Part shown: in pieces, positions 9,635-18,311 of the stretch
How positions within the stretch are numbered: position 1 is the first letter of the stretch
Layout: every line of letters begins with the position of its first letter
DNA from: an uncultured Acidimicrobiia bacterium
GTDB taxonomy: Bacteria > Actinomycetota > Acidimicrobiia > Spongiisociales > UBA11373
Direction of reading: 5' to 3'
DNA length: 64,000 nt
Assembly (NCBI GenBank): GCA_964511945.1
Contig: CAZEHO010000003.1
Location: 62,431 to 126,430 of the forward strand
Translations under genes and position numbers: made by a program
Notes under the pieces: model-generated
Seen by the model: only the letters and a program-made list of their open reading frames with translations
The model's database searches: none
What the model was told of the DNA's origin: nothing

Positions 9635-9775
9635 GAGCGGTGAGCATAGGAATGCCACGGGCGACGGGCGACGGGCAGCCCATCGCTCGTAGCTCGTAGC
9701 TCGGAGCTCACAGCCGCGAAGGAGCGCAGCGAGCGAGCTCAACCGAGCTCCCGAGGCCGCCGGTACCATCCTCTC

Positions 9776-10519
9776 GTGTCCCCCCTCGAGATCGGCATCG
9801 TATTCGTCGCCGGGATCGCCGCAGGGTTCGTCAACACGGTGGCCGGCGGCGGTTCGGTGATCTCGGTCCCGGTGCTCACCGAAATCATCGGGCCCAACAT
9901 CGCCAACGGCACGATCCGCGTCGCGATCCTCATGCAGAACGTGGTGGGTGTCGCCGGCTACACCCGCGGCGGCGCCATGCCGTGGAAGGCGGCCTCGGTT
10001 GTCATCCTCCCCATGATCGGCGGAGCAATCGGAGGCGCCTGGGTGGCGACCGAGTTGAGCGCCGGAACGATGCGCAAAGCCTTTGCGGTCGCGGTGGTCT
10101 TGGTTGCGCTTTCGGTTCTGATCAAGCCCTCGAAGTGGCAAGACGCCACCGAGCCCCTTCTCGCCGAACCGTGGCGCTCGATCGTCTTCGCCACCATCGG
10201 GTTCTACGGCGGCTTCGTGCAGGTTGGAGTGGGCTTCCCGCTGCTGGCCGGCACGGCCCTGGGACTCGGGCTCGGGCTGGTAAGGGGCAATGCCGCCAAG
10301 GTCCTGTTGATCCTTTGCTACGCACCGCTGGTCCTGCTGCTCTTCGCCCGGGCGGCGCAGGTTCACTGGGTAGGCGGCCTGGTGCTCGGGGTCGGCAGCA
10401 TGGTCGGCGCCTGGGTGTCGTCGCATCTCGCCGTCAAGGAGGGCGCCACCAAGTGGATCCGCTGGGTGCTGGTCGTTGCCGCTCTGGGAGCGGCCACCCG
10501 GATGGTCCTCGTCAGCTGA
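9776..10519 (+). CDS. TauE/SafE (DUF81) family sulfite/anion exporter
   Basis: 247 aa, two halves of 3-4 TM with the GxGGG motif (AGGGSVISVP). Confidence 0.8.
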   Translation: MSPLEIGIVFVAGIAAGFVNTVAGGGSVISVPVLTEIIGPNIANGTIRVAILMQNVVGVAGYTRGGAMPWKAASVVILPMIGGAIGGAWVATELSAGTMRKAFAVAVVLVALSVLIKPSKWQDATEPLLAEPWRSIVFATIGFYGGFVQVGVGFPLLAGTALGLGLGLVRGNAAKVLLILCYAPLVLLLFARAAQVHWVGGLVLGVGSMVGAWVSSHLAVKEGATKWIRWVLVVAALGAATRMVLVS

Positions 10520-10889
10520 TCGGCCGCCACTCGCCCACGGCCGCAGCGGGAACGGTGTACCGCCAGTCGTGCTCGGTGAGGCCAATCGAAGCGTCACCAC
10601 CCCAGCCGCCGTACTTGTCGCCCATCACCACGCCGACCCGGTGACGCTCGGCCGGATCGGAAACCTCTCGGGCGGTGCCGATCCAGGCACGGCCGTTGAT
10701 CCGGACCTCGACGGTTTCCTCGGCCAGCAGATTGCGGAACCAGTCCGCTCCCGGACCGTTGCCCGAGATGAAGTAGGCCGCGCCGTCGTCGATCCCGAAC
10801 CACATCTCGATGTCGTGGCGGCGGCCGGTCCTGCGCCCCGTGGTGATCAGGCGGCAGACGTCGGCGTCGGCAAAATCGGCTGGGGTCAT
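10512..10889 (-). CDS. Deazaflavin (F420H2)-dependent nitroreductase family (DUF385/DDN-like)
   Basis: 125 aa; ...TGRRTGRRHDIEMWFG...FISGNGPGADWFRNL... matches the PNPOx-like DDN fold family. Confidence 0.7.
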   Translation of the reverse strand: MTPADFADADVCRLITTGRRTGRRHDIEMWFGIDDGAAYFISGNGPGADWFRNLLAEETVEVRINGRAWIGTAREVSDPAERHRVGVVMGDKYGGWGGDASIGLTEHDWRYTVPAAAVGEWRPIS

Positions 10890-10963
10890 GGTGATGGAAA
10901 CCGCAGCCGCCGCCTCAAGATTCCCGTCTCTAGCATCGGTGCCGGAGACCGGGAGGAACAGAC

Positions 10964-11413
10964 ATGGCCATCGACGTCGACGTCCTCGCCGCCCGAATCG
11001 GTGAGGAGATCGGTGTCGGCGACTGGTTCGAGATCACTCAGGACCGGGTGGATGCCTTCGCCGACGCCACCGAAGATCACCAGTGGATCCACCGAGCCGG
11101 ACCGCAAGCCGATGCAGGGCCCTTCGGTGGCCCGATCGCCCACGGCTTCCTGACGATGTCGCTCATCCACCACCTGGTCGGCGACATCAGTCCCCTCGAC
11201 GAAGAGCCGGCAATGATCATCAACTACGGCGTCGACAAGGTTCGTTTCATCACGCCGGTCCCCGTCGGCTCGCGGGTCCGGGCCCGTGCGGTCCTGGCGG
11301 CGGCTGATCCGGTTGCCAACGGCGGCGTGCAGTTGAAGCAGGCACTCACGGTCGAACTGGAGGGATCCGAGAAGCCGGCCGCCTACGTGGAGAGTCTCAC
11401 CCGGGTGTTCTGA
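10964..11413 (+). CDS. MaoC-like (R)-specific dehydratase/hydratase
   Basis: Hot-dog fold motifs DHQWIH...GGPIAHGFLT. Confidence 0.8.
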   Translation: MAIDVDVLAARIGEEIGVGDWFEITQDRVDAFADATEDHQWIHRAGPQADAGPFGGPIAHGFLTMSLIHHLVGDISPLDEEPAMIINYGVDKVRFITPVPVGSRVRARAVLAAADPVANGGVQLKQALTVELEGSEKPAAYVESLTRVF

Positions 11414-11467
11414 GAAACCGCTTTCTCGAAACCTGCAAGAATCGGTCCGACCGCACCAGGAGGATCG

Positions 11468-11767
11468 ATGCTCATCATCGCCGGGCACTTCACCGTTGCA
11501 CCCGACAAGCAAGAGGTGTTTGCCGCCGCCGCCAAGGACCTGTGCGCCGAGACCATGAAGGAAGACGGCGTCACCTTCTACGAGTTCTGGGCAGACCTTG
11601 ACGGAAGCGGCCGCTACAGCGTGCTCGAGCTGTGGGAGAGCGAAGCACACCTCGAACGTCACCTGGAGACCCCCCACGTGAAGGCGTTCCAGGCCCGCGG
11701 CGCCGAACTCGGGATGGAGAACGTCGACCTCAAGCGCTACATCATCTCCGACGTCAAGCCACTTTGA
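11468..11767 (+). CDS. ABM-domain (antibiotic biosynthesis monooxygenase / quinol monooxygenase-like) protein
   Basis: 99 aa; FYEFWADLDGSGRYSVLELWESEAHLERHLETPH. Confidence 0.65.
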   Translation: MLIIAGHFTVAPDKQEVFAAAAKDLCAETMKEDGVTFYEFWADLDGSGRYSVLELWESEAHLERHLETPHVKAFQARGAELGMENVDLKRYIISDVKPL

Positions 11768-11777
11768 AGGAGCCGCG

Positions 11778-12077
11778 ATGATCATGATCGCCGCTCACCT
11801 GGCGGTGGCACCAGAGGACGCCGAAGCATTCGCAGCGGCGTGCCGTGAGATCACGGTGGAGACCCACAAGGAACCCGGCTGCCTCTTCTACGAGTTCTGG
11901 GCAGACCTCGATGGATCCGGCCGCTTCAGCGTGGTGGAAGCCTGGGCGACCGAGGCGAACTTCGAGGCGCACATCGCCACCCCGCATCTCCAGGAGTTTC
12001 GCCGCAAGCGAGAACAGATCGGCATGCTCCAATCCGACTTCGTTCGCTACGACGTCTCCGAAGTCAAGCCTCTGTAG
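11778..12077 (+). CDS. ABM-domain protein, tandem paralog of 11468-11767
   Basis: 99 aa, about 60% identical to the upstream paralog (FYEFWADLDGSGRFSVVEAW..). Confidence 0.65.
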   Translation: MIMIAAHLAVAPEDAEAFAAACREITVETHKEPGCLFYEFWADLDGSGRFSVVEAWATEANFEAHIATPHLQEFRRKREQIGMLQSDFVRYDVSEVKPL

Positions 12078-13485
12078 CGGCCGGCAGATCCCACTCGCCG
12101 GTGCGGAGATATTCGTCGATCGAGGCTGCGGCGCGCCGGCCGGCTCCCATCGCCAGGATGACGGTGGCGCCTCCGGTGACGATGTCGCCGCCTGCGAACA
12201 CGCCTTCTTTGGTCGTCCTTCCGGTGTCCTCGTCGGCAACGACGGTGCCCCACCGGGTCTGTTCGAGATCGGGGGTGGTCTTGGAGAGCAGCGGATTGGG
12301 AGCATTCCCGATGGCGACAACGGCCATGTCGATCGGGATCTCGTACTCGCTGCCCTCGACCGGCACCGGACGGCGCCGTCCGCTGTCATCGGGCTCTCCG
12401 AGCTCCATACGCTGCAGCTTCACCCCGGAGAGATGGCCCTTCTCGTCTCCGATGAACCCCAGCGGGTTGGTGAGGGTGACGAACTCGACACCCTCATCCT
12501 TGGCGTGATGGACCTCTTCGACCCGGGCAGGCATCTCGGCTTCCGATCGCCGATAGAGGATGCCGGCCCAGCCTGCGCCGAGCCGCAGTGAGGTGCGGAC
12601 CGCATCCATCGCGGTATTCCCGCCCCCAAAGACCGCAACCCGTTTGCCGAGCAGATCGAACACCGGGGTGTCGGCTCCGGCGGCATAGGCCTTCATCAGG
12701 TTGACCCGGGTAAGGAACTCGTTCGCCGAGTACACACCGACCAGGCTCTCGCCGGGCACGTTCAGGAAACGGGGCAATCCGGCCCCGACCCCGACGAACA
12801 CGGCGTCGTATCCCTCCTCGTCGAGGAGTTCATCGAGGGTGTCGACCATCCCGATCACCTGATTCGTTTCGAAGCGGACCCCCATCTTCTCGAGCCCGGC
12901 GATCTCGGCCGCCACGATGTCCTTGGGGAGACGGAACTCGGGGATCCCGTAAACCAGGACCCCACCGGCCTCATGCAGCGCCTCGAAGACCGTGACCTCA
13001 TGGCCGGCCCGGGCCAAATCTGTGGCACACGCCAGGCCCGACGGTCCGGATCCAACCACCGCAACCCGTTTGCCGGTCGGAGCTGCGATCGCGGGCAGTT
13101 CGCCCCCACCGCCTTCGCGCTCCCAGTCCGCCACAAAACGCTCCAGGTGCCCGATCGCCACCGGATCGTGCTTGACCCCGAGCACGCACACGCCCTCACA
13201 CTGGTCCTCCTGGGGACACACCCGCCCGCAGATCGCCGGCAGCGAGTTGTCCTCCTTGATGATCGCCGCCGCGGCCCCAAAATCGCCATCCGCGATCTTG
13301 CCGATGAACTCGTCGATCCGGATCCCGACCGGACAGCCCTCAATGCACTTGGGCCGGGTGCACATCAGGCAGCGTTCCGCCTCGAGGATCGCCAGTTGCG
13401 CGGTGAGCCCGAGATTGACCTCGTCGAAGTTCCAGCGCCGCTCCCCCGGCTCCTGTTCCGGCATGCCGGTCCGCGGCCGGGCCAT
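12064..13485 (-). CDS. GltD-like NADPH-dependent glutamate synthase small chain / NfnB (SudA)-type FAD and 2x[4Fe-4S] oxidoreductase
   Basis: Cys clusters CLMCTRPKCIEGCPVG and CGRVCPQEDQCEGVC, then the dinucleotide fold VAVVGSGPSGLACATDLARAGHEVTVFE. ATG 13485 chosen because the upstream gene stops at 13509. Confidence 0.8.
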   Translation of the reverse strand: MARPRTGMPEQEPGERRWNFDEVNLGLTAQLAILEAERCLMCTRPKCIEGCPVGIRIDEFIGKIADGDFGAAAAIIKEDNSLPAICGRVCPQEDQCEGVCVLGVKHDPVAIGHLERFVADWEREGGGGELPAIAAPTGKRVAVVGSGPSGLACATDLARAGHEVTVFEALHEAGGVLVYGIPEFRLPKDIVAAEIAGLEKMGVRFETNQVIGMVDTLDELLDEEGYDAVFVGVGAGLPRFLNVPGESLVGVYSANEFLTRVNLMKAYAAGADTPVFDLLGKRVAVFGGGNTAMDAVRTSLRLGAGWAGILYRRSEAEMPARVEEVHHAKDEGVEFVTLTNPLGFIGDEKGHLSGVKLQRMELGEPDDSGRRRPVPVEGSEYEIPIDMAVVAIGNAPNPLLSKTTPDLEQTRWGTVVADEDTGRTTKEGVFAGGDIVTGGATVILAMGAGRRAAASIDEYLRTGEWDLPAATEA

Positions 13486-13508
13486 CCGTTCCCTGCGGGA
13501 CAGAGTGT

Positions 13509-14360
13509 TCACGACACCTGCTCCCGCCGGCACGCTTCGAACTCCTCCATCCGCCACTCCTCCCACCACCGATAGGAGTCGTTGCGGCGCTGCAGCAAAT
13601 CGAAATCGACCTCATGGGCATCAAACTCCGGCCCATCAACACAAGCAAACAACGTCTCGCCGCCGACCCCTACCCGGCACCCGCCACACATCCCGGTGCC
13701 ATCCACCATGATCGGATTCAGGCTCACCACAGTCCGGATCCCATGAGGCTCAGTCACCTCGGAGACGGCCCGCATCATCGGAACCGGTCCCACCGCCAAC
13801 ACGTAATCGATCCGTTTGCCCTCATCTATGAGCGCCTGCAACTGCTGCGTCACAAACCCATCAAACCCATACGAACCGTCGTCGGTGCACGGCAGCACCT
13901 CGACGCCGGCAGAACGCAGCTCGTCCTCCAGGATCACGAACTCCTTCGAGCGCCCTCCGACGATGGCGGTCACATCGTTGCCCGCCTCCCGCAGCGCAAC
14001 ACTCACGGGATAGGCGATCGCAGTGCCGACGCCGCCGCCGACCGTGACCACGGTGCCGAAGTCCTCGATCTCCGACGGCATCCCCAGCGGTCCGGCGAGA
14101 TCCTGTATGAAGTCGCCGGCCCCCAACTCCCCCAGCATCGTGGTGGTCTTGCCGACCGCCTGCACGATGATGGCGATCCAGCCCTCATCCGGGTCGCCGT
14201 CGGCAATCGTGATCGGGATCCGCTCCCCGTCCTTCGTCACCCGGAGGATGACGAACTGCCCGGGCTTGCGCTTCCGGGCGATCTTCGGGGCAACGATCCG
14301 GTAATACGTCACCTTCGGCGCCAACACTCTGGTTTCAAGGATCTCGTTCACGGTGCCCAT
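13509..14360 (-). CDS. PyrK-like ferredoxin-NADP reductase-type subunit (NfnA/SudB-like, FAD and [2Fe-2S])
   Basis: 283 aa from ATG 14360. FNR-like RxPITI (ERIPITIADGD), a GGG(V)G NAD fold, and a C-terminal Cys cluster GTGMCGGCRV...CVDGPEF. Confidence 0.8.
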   Translation of the reverse strand: MGTVNEILETRVLAPKVTYYRIVAPKIARKRKPGQFVILRVTKDGERIPITIADGDPDEGWIAIIVQAVGKTTTMLGELGAGDFIQDLAGPLGMPSEIEDFGTVVTVGGGVGTAIAYPVSVALREAGNDVTAIVGGRSKEFVILEDELRSAGVEVLPCTDDGSYGFDGFVTQQLQALIDEGKRIDYVLAVGPVPMMRAVSEVTEPHGIRTVVSLNPIMVDGTGMCGGCRVGVGGETLFACVDGPEFDAHEVDFDLLQRRNDSYRWWEEWRMEEFEACRREQVS

Positions 14361-14472
14361 TATCCGGGTTCGAATCCGCTGTCGATGGGGCCGAAAGGCC
14401 CTACAGAACAGCCGCCTACGGCAGCGACACCGTACCGTAGCTTGAGACGGCCGACGACAGGAGGGATCGTCG

Positions 14473-15231
14473 ATGAGTGCGGTACTCGTGACGGGAGGAA
14501 CCGGAACCCTGGGAACTCGCCTGGTCCCGATCCTGCGTGATCGCGGCCACCACGTCTGGGTCCTGAGCCGCGGTCCGTCGGGTGATCCGGATGTCGTTCG
14601 AGGCGACCTGCTGACCGGAACCCGTCTCCACGACATCGTCGATGGGGCCGATGCAATCGTGCACGCCGCCACCGAACCGGTCGCCGGTGGCGTCGACCGG
14701 ACGGGCACCAAGCGGCTGGTGGCGGCAGCGGCCGAGGCCCGCATCCCGCACCTCATCCTCACTTCGATCGTCGGCATCGATCAGATCCCGTTGCGCCACT
14801 ACCGGGCGAAGCTGGCAGCCGAATACGCCGTGACCCGCGGAGACATCCCGTGGACGATTCAGCGCTTCACACAGTTTCACCAGGTCCTCTCCGCGTTCCT
14901 CCGCCGCTCCTACCGGCTGCGGCGCACCTGGATTCCCCGCGGCCTGTCGTTTCAACCGATCGACCCGGCGGCGGTCGCGGCAGCGGTCGTCGAGGCGGTC
15001 GAAGCAGGTCCCCGGGAGCGCATGCCCGATCTCGGCGGGCCCGAGGTCCTCGCGTTCGAGGATATGGCACGCTCCGTCTCCACCGCTCTCGGCCGCAGTG
15101 GCAGCATCGCCCGGTTGCCGGTGCTCGGCAGAACATGGAGAGCGGTGAAGCGCGGACACAATCTTGCCGATCTGATGGCAGAGGACACCACAACGTGGGC
15201 CGACCACCTGGAGGAACTCGAACCGGCATGA
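14473..15231 (+). CDS. NmrA-like / atypical SDR NAD(P)H-binding protein
   Basis: N-terminal VLVTGGTGTLGTRLV Rossmann motif; 252 aa. Confidence 0.7.
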   Translation: MSAVLVTGGTGTLGTRLVPILRDRGHHVWVLSRGPSGDPDVVRGDLLTGTRLHDIVDGADAIVHAATEPVAGGVDRTGTKRLVAAAAEARIPHLILTSIVGIDQIPLRHYRAKLAAEYAVTRGDIPWTIQRFTQFHQVLSAFLRRSYRLRRTWIPRGLSFQPIDPAAVAAAVVEAVEAGPRERMPDLGGPEVLAFEDMARSVSTALGRSGSIARLPVLGRTWRAVKRGHNLADLMAEDTTTWADHLEELEPA

Positions 15232-15884
15232 AACGGTTTGACGACCGGCTGCGAGCCTGGAGCTGCCGGTTCCAGTACCCGGTCCGAGCTGCGCAAGCAC
15301 CTCTGGTGGCTGGGTCAGATCGGGCTCGATCTCGACGGGTACCGCACGCTGCGCAACGACATCCTGGAGATCCCCAGGCCTCCGGCCTCGGCCGGTGAGA
15401 TCCGGCGTACCACAGGGCTGTCGGGACCGGCCGCCACCGGAGTGATCCAGCCGATGACCTTCGAGGGCGTGCTCCTCGAGCCCCGTTCGGAAGCCTGCGC
15501 GGCAACACGCTGAAGTACGTCGCAACCGACGCTTGGCTCGGCCGCGACCTCGGCCACCTCGACGAGGACAGGGCCTCACCCGACTCATCGAGCGCTACCT
15601 GTGCGCGTTCGGTCCGGTCCGGCCGGCTGATGACCGCATGGTGGACCGGCAGGCCCAAATCCCACATCGTCCATGCTCTCGAGATGCTCGACCTCGTCGA
15701 GATTGATTCGTTCACCAAGCTCAAAGGGGCGGTGCGCGACGTGCTCACTGCACGCTTCGAAGCGCTGCCGATCTCCTCGATGCCGATGGGATCATGTTCA
15801 CCCGCTCCGACGGGCCGCTTCACAATCCACGCCGTGCCCCGGACGGCTGATCAGCGATCTCCGAACTGCAGCACACAAGAGTGA
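15228..15884 (+). pseudogene. Frameshifted, N-terminally truncated remnant of a YcaQ/AlkZ-like (DUF1006) winged-helix DNA-binding protein
   Basis: Coding-like segments sit in three different frames. The key piece is ...RLIERYLCAFGPVRPADDR in one frame, continued by AWWTGRPKSHIVHALEMLDLVEID... in another. The conserved (Y/W)L.AFGPA...W(W)TG block is split by a frame change near 15625-15640. Confidence 0.35.
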
Positions 15885-16045
15885 GGTCGGCCCCTCACGG
15901 CTCACGGTCAGTTCCACCTCGTCGCCCGCTCCATGGCGGTGCAGTTCCGCTCGACCAGGACTCCAACGGGACGGCGCGCCGCGTGCTCCAACCGTGTCGG
16001 ATTCTGATGAGGAGCAGTGGGAATCCTCCGCCGCAGGGGCGGGGT

Positions 16046-17191
16046 CTACTCCTCGACGTCGGTGGAGCCGGTCGACAGAGCCCGGCCCTTCCACACCACG
16101 TCGCGCCCGGTCACGGTCAGCATCATCGACCAGAACAGCGTCGCTGCCCAAAACGCAATGGTGAGGGCATGCAGCGGAGCAGTCCAGACGGCGTCCCGCC
16201 CCAGGTTGGCGGTCAGCACCCGGTTCGCCGTCAGCAGCATCATCTGCCAGAGCACGAGCGACGCAACCTGTCCGTCGAGGAGACCGAGCACCAGCCGGAC
16301 CGCAGGGCTCAGCAGCAGCGGAGAAAGCACGAACACGACCGCCGATGCCACCAGCGGGTTGCGATCCAGTGCTGTGTAAGCGTTCTTGGCGAACCCGTTC
16401 CAGATTTCGCTGACTCCCCGGTACCACCGGGTTTCCACAAGATCAGTTCCGTTGAGGAGAACGATCGACCGGCCGGCCAGCTTCACACTGCGCGCCAGCC
16501 GCATGTCGTCCACAAGGTGATCCGGGTAGGCGGCGTGGCCTCCGGCTGCCTCGTACGCCGTTCGGGTCACCAGGATGAACGGCCCGAAAGCGGCTGCGAT
16601 CTCTCGGGCACGATCCGAATTGATCGCCGCCGCCGGGAACAGCGCAAACGCCGCGTGTGTGACCATCGGCAGCATCACCTTCCCGGCGAACGAACCCGGG
16701 GCCGTCCGCGGGAGTAACGAGATCAGTCCCGCACCGGCCGTCTCCATCTCACCCAGAGCTGCCGAGATGGTCTCGGGGGCAAGCACCGTGTCGGCATCGA
16801 CGAAACAAAGCACGTCGCCTTGGGCCACCTCCGCCAGCTGAGCGCATGCCCAGTTCTTGCCGGTCCAATCGGCCGGCAGCGGGGATCCGCTCATCACCCG
16901 GAGACGGGGATCATCAAAGCCCCCGATCACGTCCCGGGTGCCGTCGGTCGACCCGTCGTCGAGGACGACGATCTCGAGATTCGGGTAGTCCTGGCTCAGC
17001 AGACTGGCGATGCAGGTCCCGATCGTGTCCTGTTCGTCGCGGGCCGGAACCAGCACGCTGATCAGGGGGGCATCGCCGTTCCAGGTGTGGCGACGGGGCC
17101 GCCGGAGCACCCGGCGGTTCCAGAGAATCAGCGCTAGTTGGGCAACGAGGAGCCAGGGAACGACCCGATCGAAGAGGAACTCCCAGCTCAT
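16046..17191 (-). CDS. Family 2 glycosyltransferase (membrane-associated, C-terminal TM region)
   Basis: GT-A motifs ISVLVPARDE and VLDDGSTDGT plus a DxD motif (FVDADTV). ATG 17191 overlaps the plsY stop as ATGA. Confidence 0.8.
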   Translation of the reverse strand: MSWEFLFDRVVPWLLVAQLALILWNRRVLRRPRRHTWNGDAPLISVLVPARDEQDTIGTCIASLLSQDYPNLEIVVLDDGSTDGTRDVIGGFDDPRLRVMSGSPLPADWTGKNWACAQLAEVAQGDVLCFVDADTVLAPETISAALGEMETAGAGLISLLPRTAPGSFAGKVMLPMVTHAAFALFPAAAINSDRAREIAAAFGPFILVTRTAYEAAGGHAAYPDHLVDDMRLARSVKLAGRSIVLLNGTDLVETRWYRGVSEIWNGFAKNAYTALDRNPLVASAVVFVLSPLLLSPAVRLVLGLLDGQVASLVLWQMMLLTANRVLTANLGRDAVWTAPLHALTIAFWAATLFWSMMLTVTGRDVVWKGRALSTGSTDVEE

Positions 17192-17802
17192 GTGCTGCTC
17201 CCACCGCGCATCCGGTCCCAACCGGTGCGGGCTTCGATCTCCCGCATCCGCGGCTCGTCGACGACCCGCTTGGCGGCTACCAGAAGGAATGCACCGAGTG
17301 CGACGCCCGTCATCTTCCACTCATAGCCGACGAGTGGAGCGAGCACAAACATGAGAACGACCACCGTGATGACCGTGGGCAGGAACCGATGGGTCGCCAG
17401 CCAGACGAGGCCACACACCGCAATGCCGATCAGTGCGGCCCACGGGAGCAGGGCGGCCGCCAGACCACCGGCGGCGGCGAGACCCTTCCCGCCGGCGAAG
17501 CGGAGCCACACCGGATAGGCGTGGCCGATGATCAGGAAGGCGGTAGCGACGCACAACTGCCAGAAGGGGCGATCCCGAAAGATCAGTGCGGCGGCAACGC
17601 CCTTGCCGAAGTCGATCGCAAAGGTGACGATCCCCCACCGTTGACCGACCTCGTGGAAGACATTGCGTGAACCGACGTTTCCCTCACCGGCGACGCGCAC
17701 GTCTACTCCCGCTGCAAAACGCCCCACGAGGTAAGCGGCAGGAATCGACCCGAAGAGGTACCCGATGAGCGCGGCAAGGATCGCTGCCGCGAAAGTGTCC
17801 AC
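17188..17802 (-). CDS. plsY: Glycerol-3-phosphate acyltransferase PlsY
   Basis: 204 aa; FGSIPAAYLVGR...GEGNVGSRNV...FGKGVAA matches the PlsY signature. Confidence 0.8.
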   Translation of the reverse strand: MDTFAAAILAALIGYLFGSIPAAYLVGRFAAGVDVRVAGEGNVGSRNVFHEVGQRWGIVTFAIDFGKGVAAALIFRDRPFWQLCVATAFLIIGHAYPVWLRFAGGKGLAAAGGLAAALLPWAALIGIAVCGLVWLATHRFLPTVITVVVLMFVLAPLVGYEWKMTGVALGAFLLVAAKRVVDEPRMREIEARTGWDRMRGGSST

Positions 17803-17955
17803 GACCAGTGTCTCCGATATCCGTCAGAAAGACTTTAGGAGATCCAAGCGGTGCTCCCCCCTGGAGATGGCGTCAATCCCCCAGCGCACCCGACTAGCGG
17901 CAATCTCCGCCGCGGGCCGCCCGGTTCAGCCATCGAATAATCGGGAGGGAGCGCG

Positions 17956-18192
17956 ATGGCGGTCGATTGGACGTTCGGCGGAACCTGGCCGTTCGAGCCG
18001 AACTGGTTCGATACCACCAACGGACGTGTCCAATACGTTGACCATGGTCTCCGGGACGGCAGGCCGGTGGTGCTGGCTCTCGGCAACCCGACGCGGGGCT
18101 ACCTCTGCCGCCACTTCATCGGACCGCTCGCCACGGTTCGGTCCGGGTCGACAATCCCGAGTGTGAACGGTGCCTGGCCTCCCGGCCTGTGA
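17956..18192 (+). pseudogene. N-terminal fragment of an alpha/beta-hydrolase (haloalkane-dehalogenase-like), truncated
   Basis: Strong RBS GGGAGGGAG. WPFEPNWFDTTNGRVQYVDHG..GRPVVLALGNPT matches dehalogenase N-termini, but the ORF ends after 78 aa and diverges after RHFIGP. Confidence 0.4.
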
Positions 18193-18311
18193 TCTGGGAA
18201 GGGCGTCCGGTCGGAACATAGGGAACGGTCGCCCGCACGGTCGGTCAGGGTTCTCGTTAACACAGCCCCCGAAGCTGTCGAAGAAACCGGGAGACCCAAC
18301 AGAGAGCATCC

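Noticed and set aside
12064-13569. Full 501-aa version of the GltD-like ORF, starting at 13569
   Set aside because: It would overlap the upstream NfnA-like gene by 60 nt. The internal ATG at 13485, 24 nt after the upstream stop, gives a standard N-terminus (MARPRTG...).
14416-15823. 390-aa and 318-aa minus-strand ORFs overlapping the NmrA-like gene and the YcaQ-like remnant
   Set aside because: Arg-rich and out of phase with GC3 periodicity. The plus strand has the Rossmann motif.
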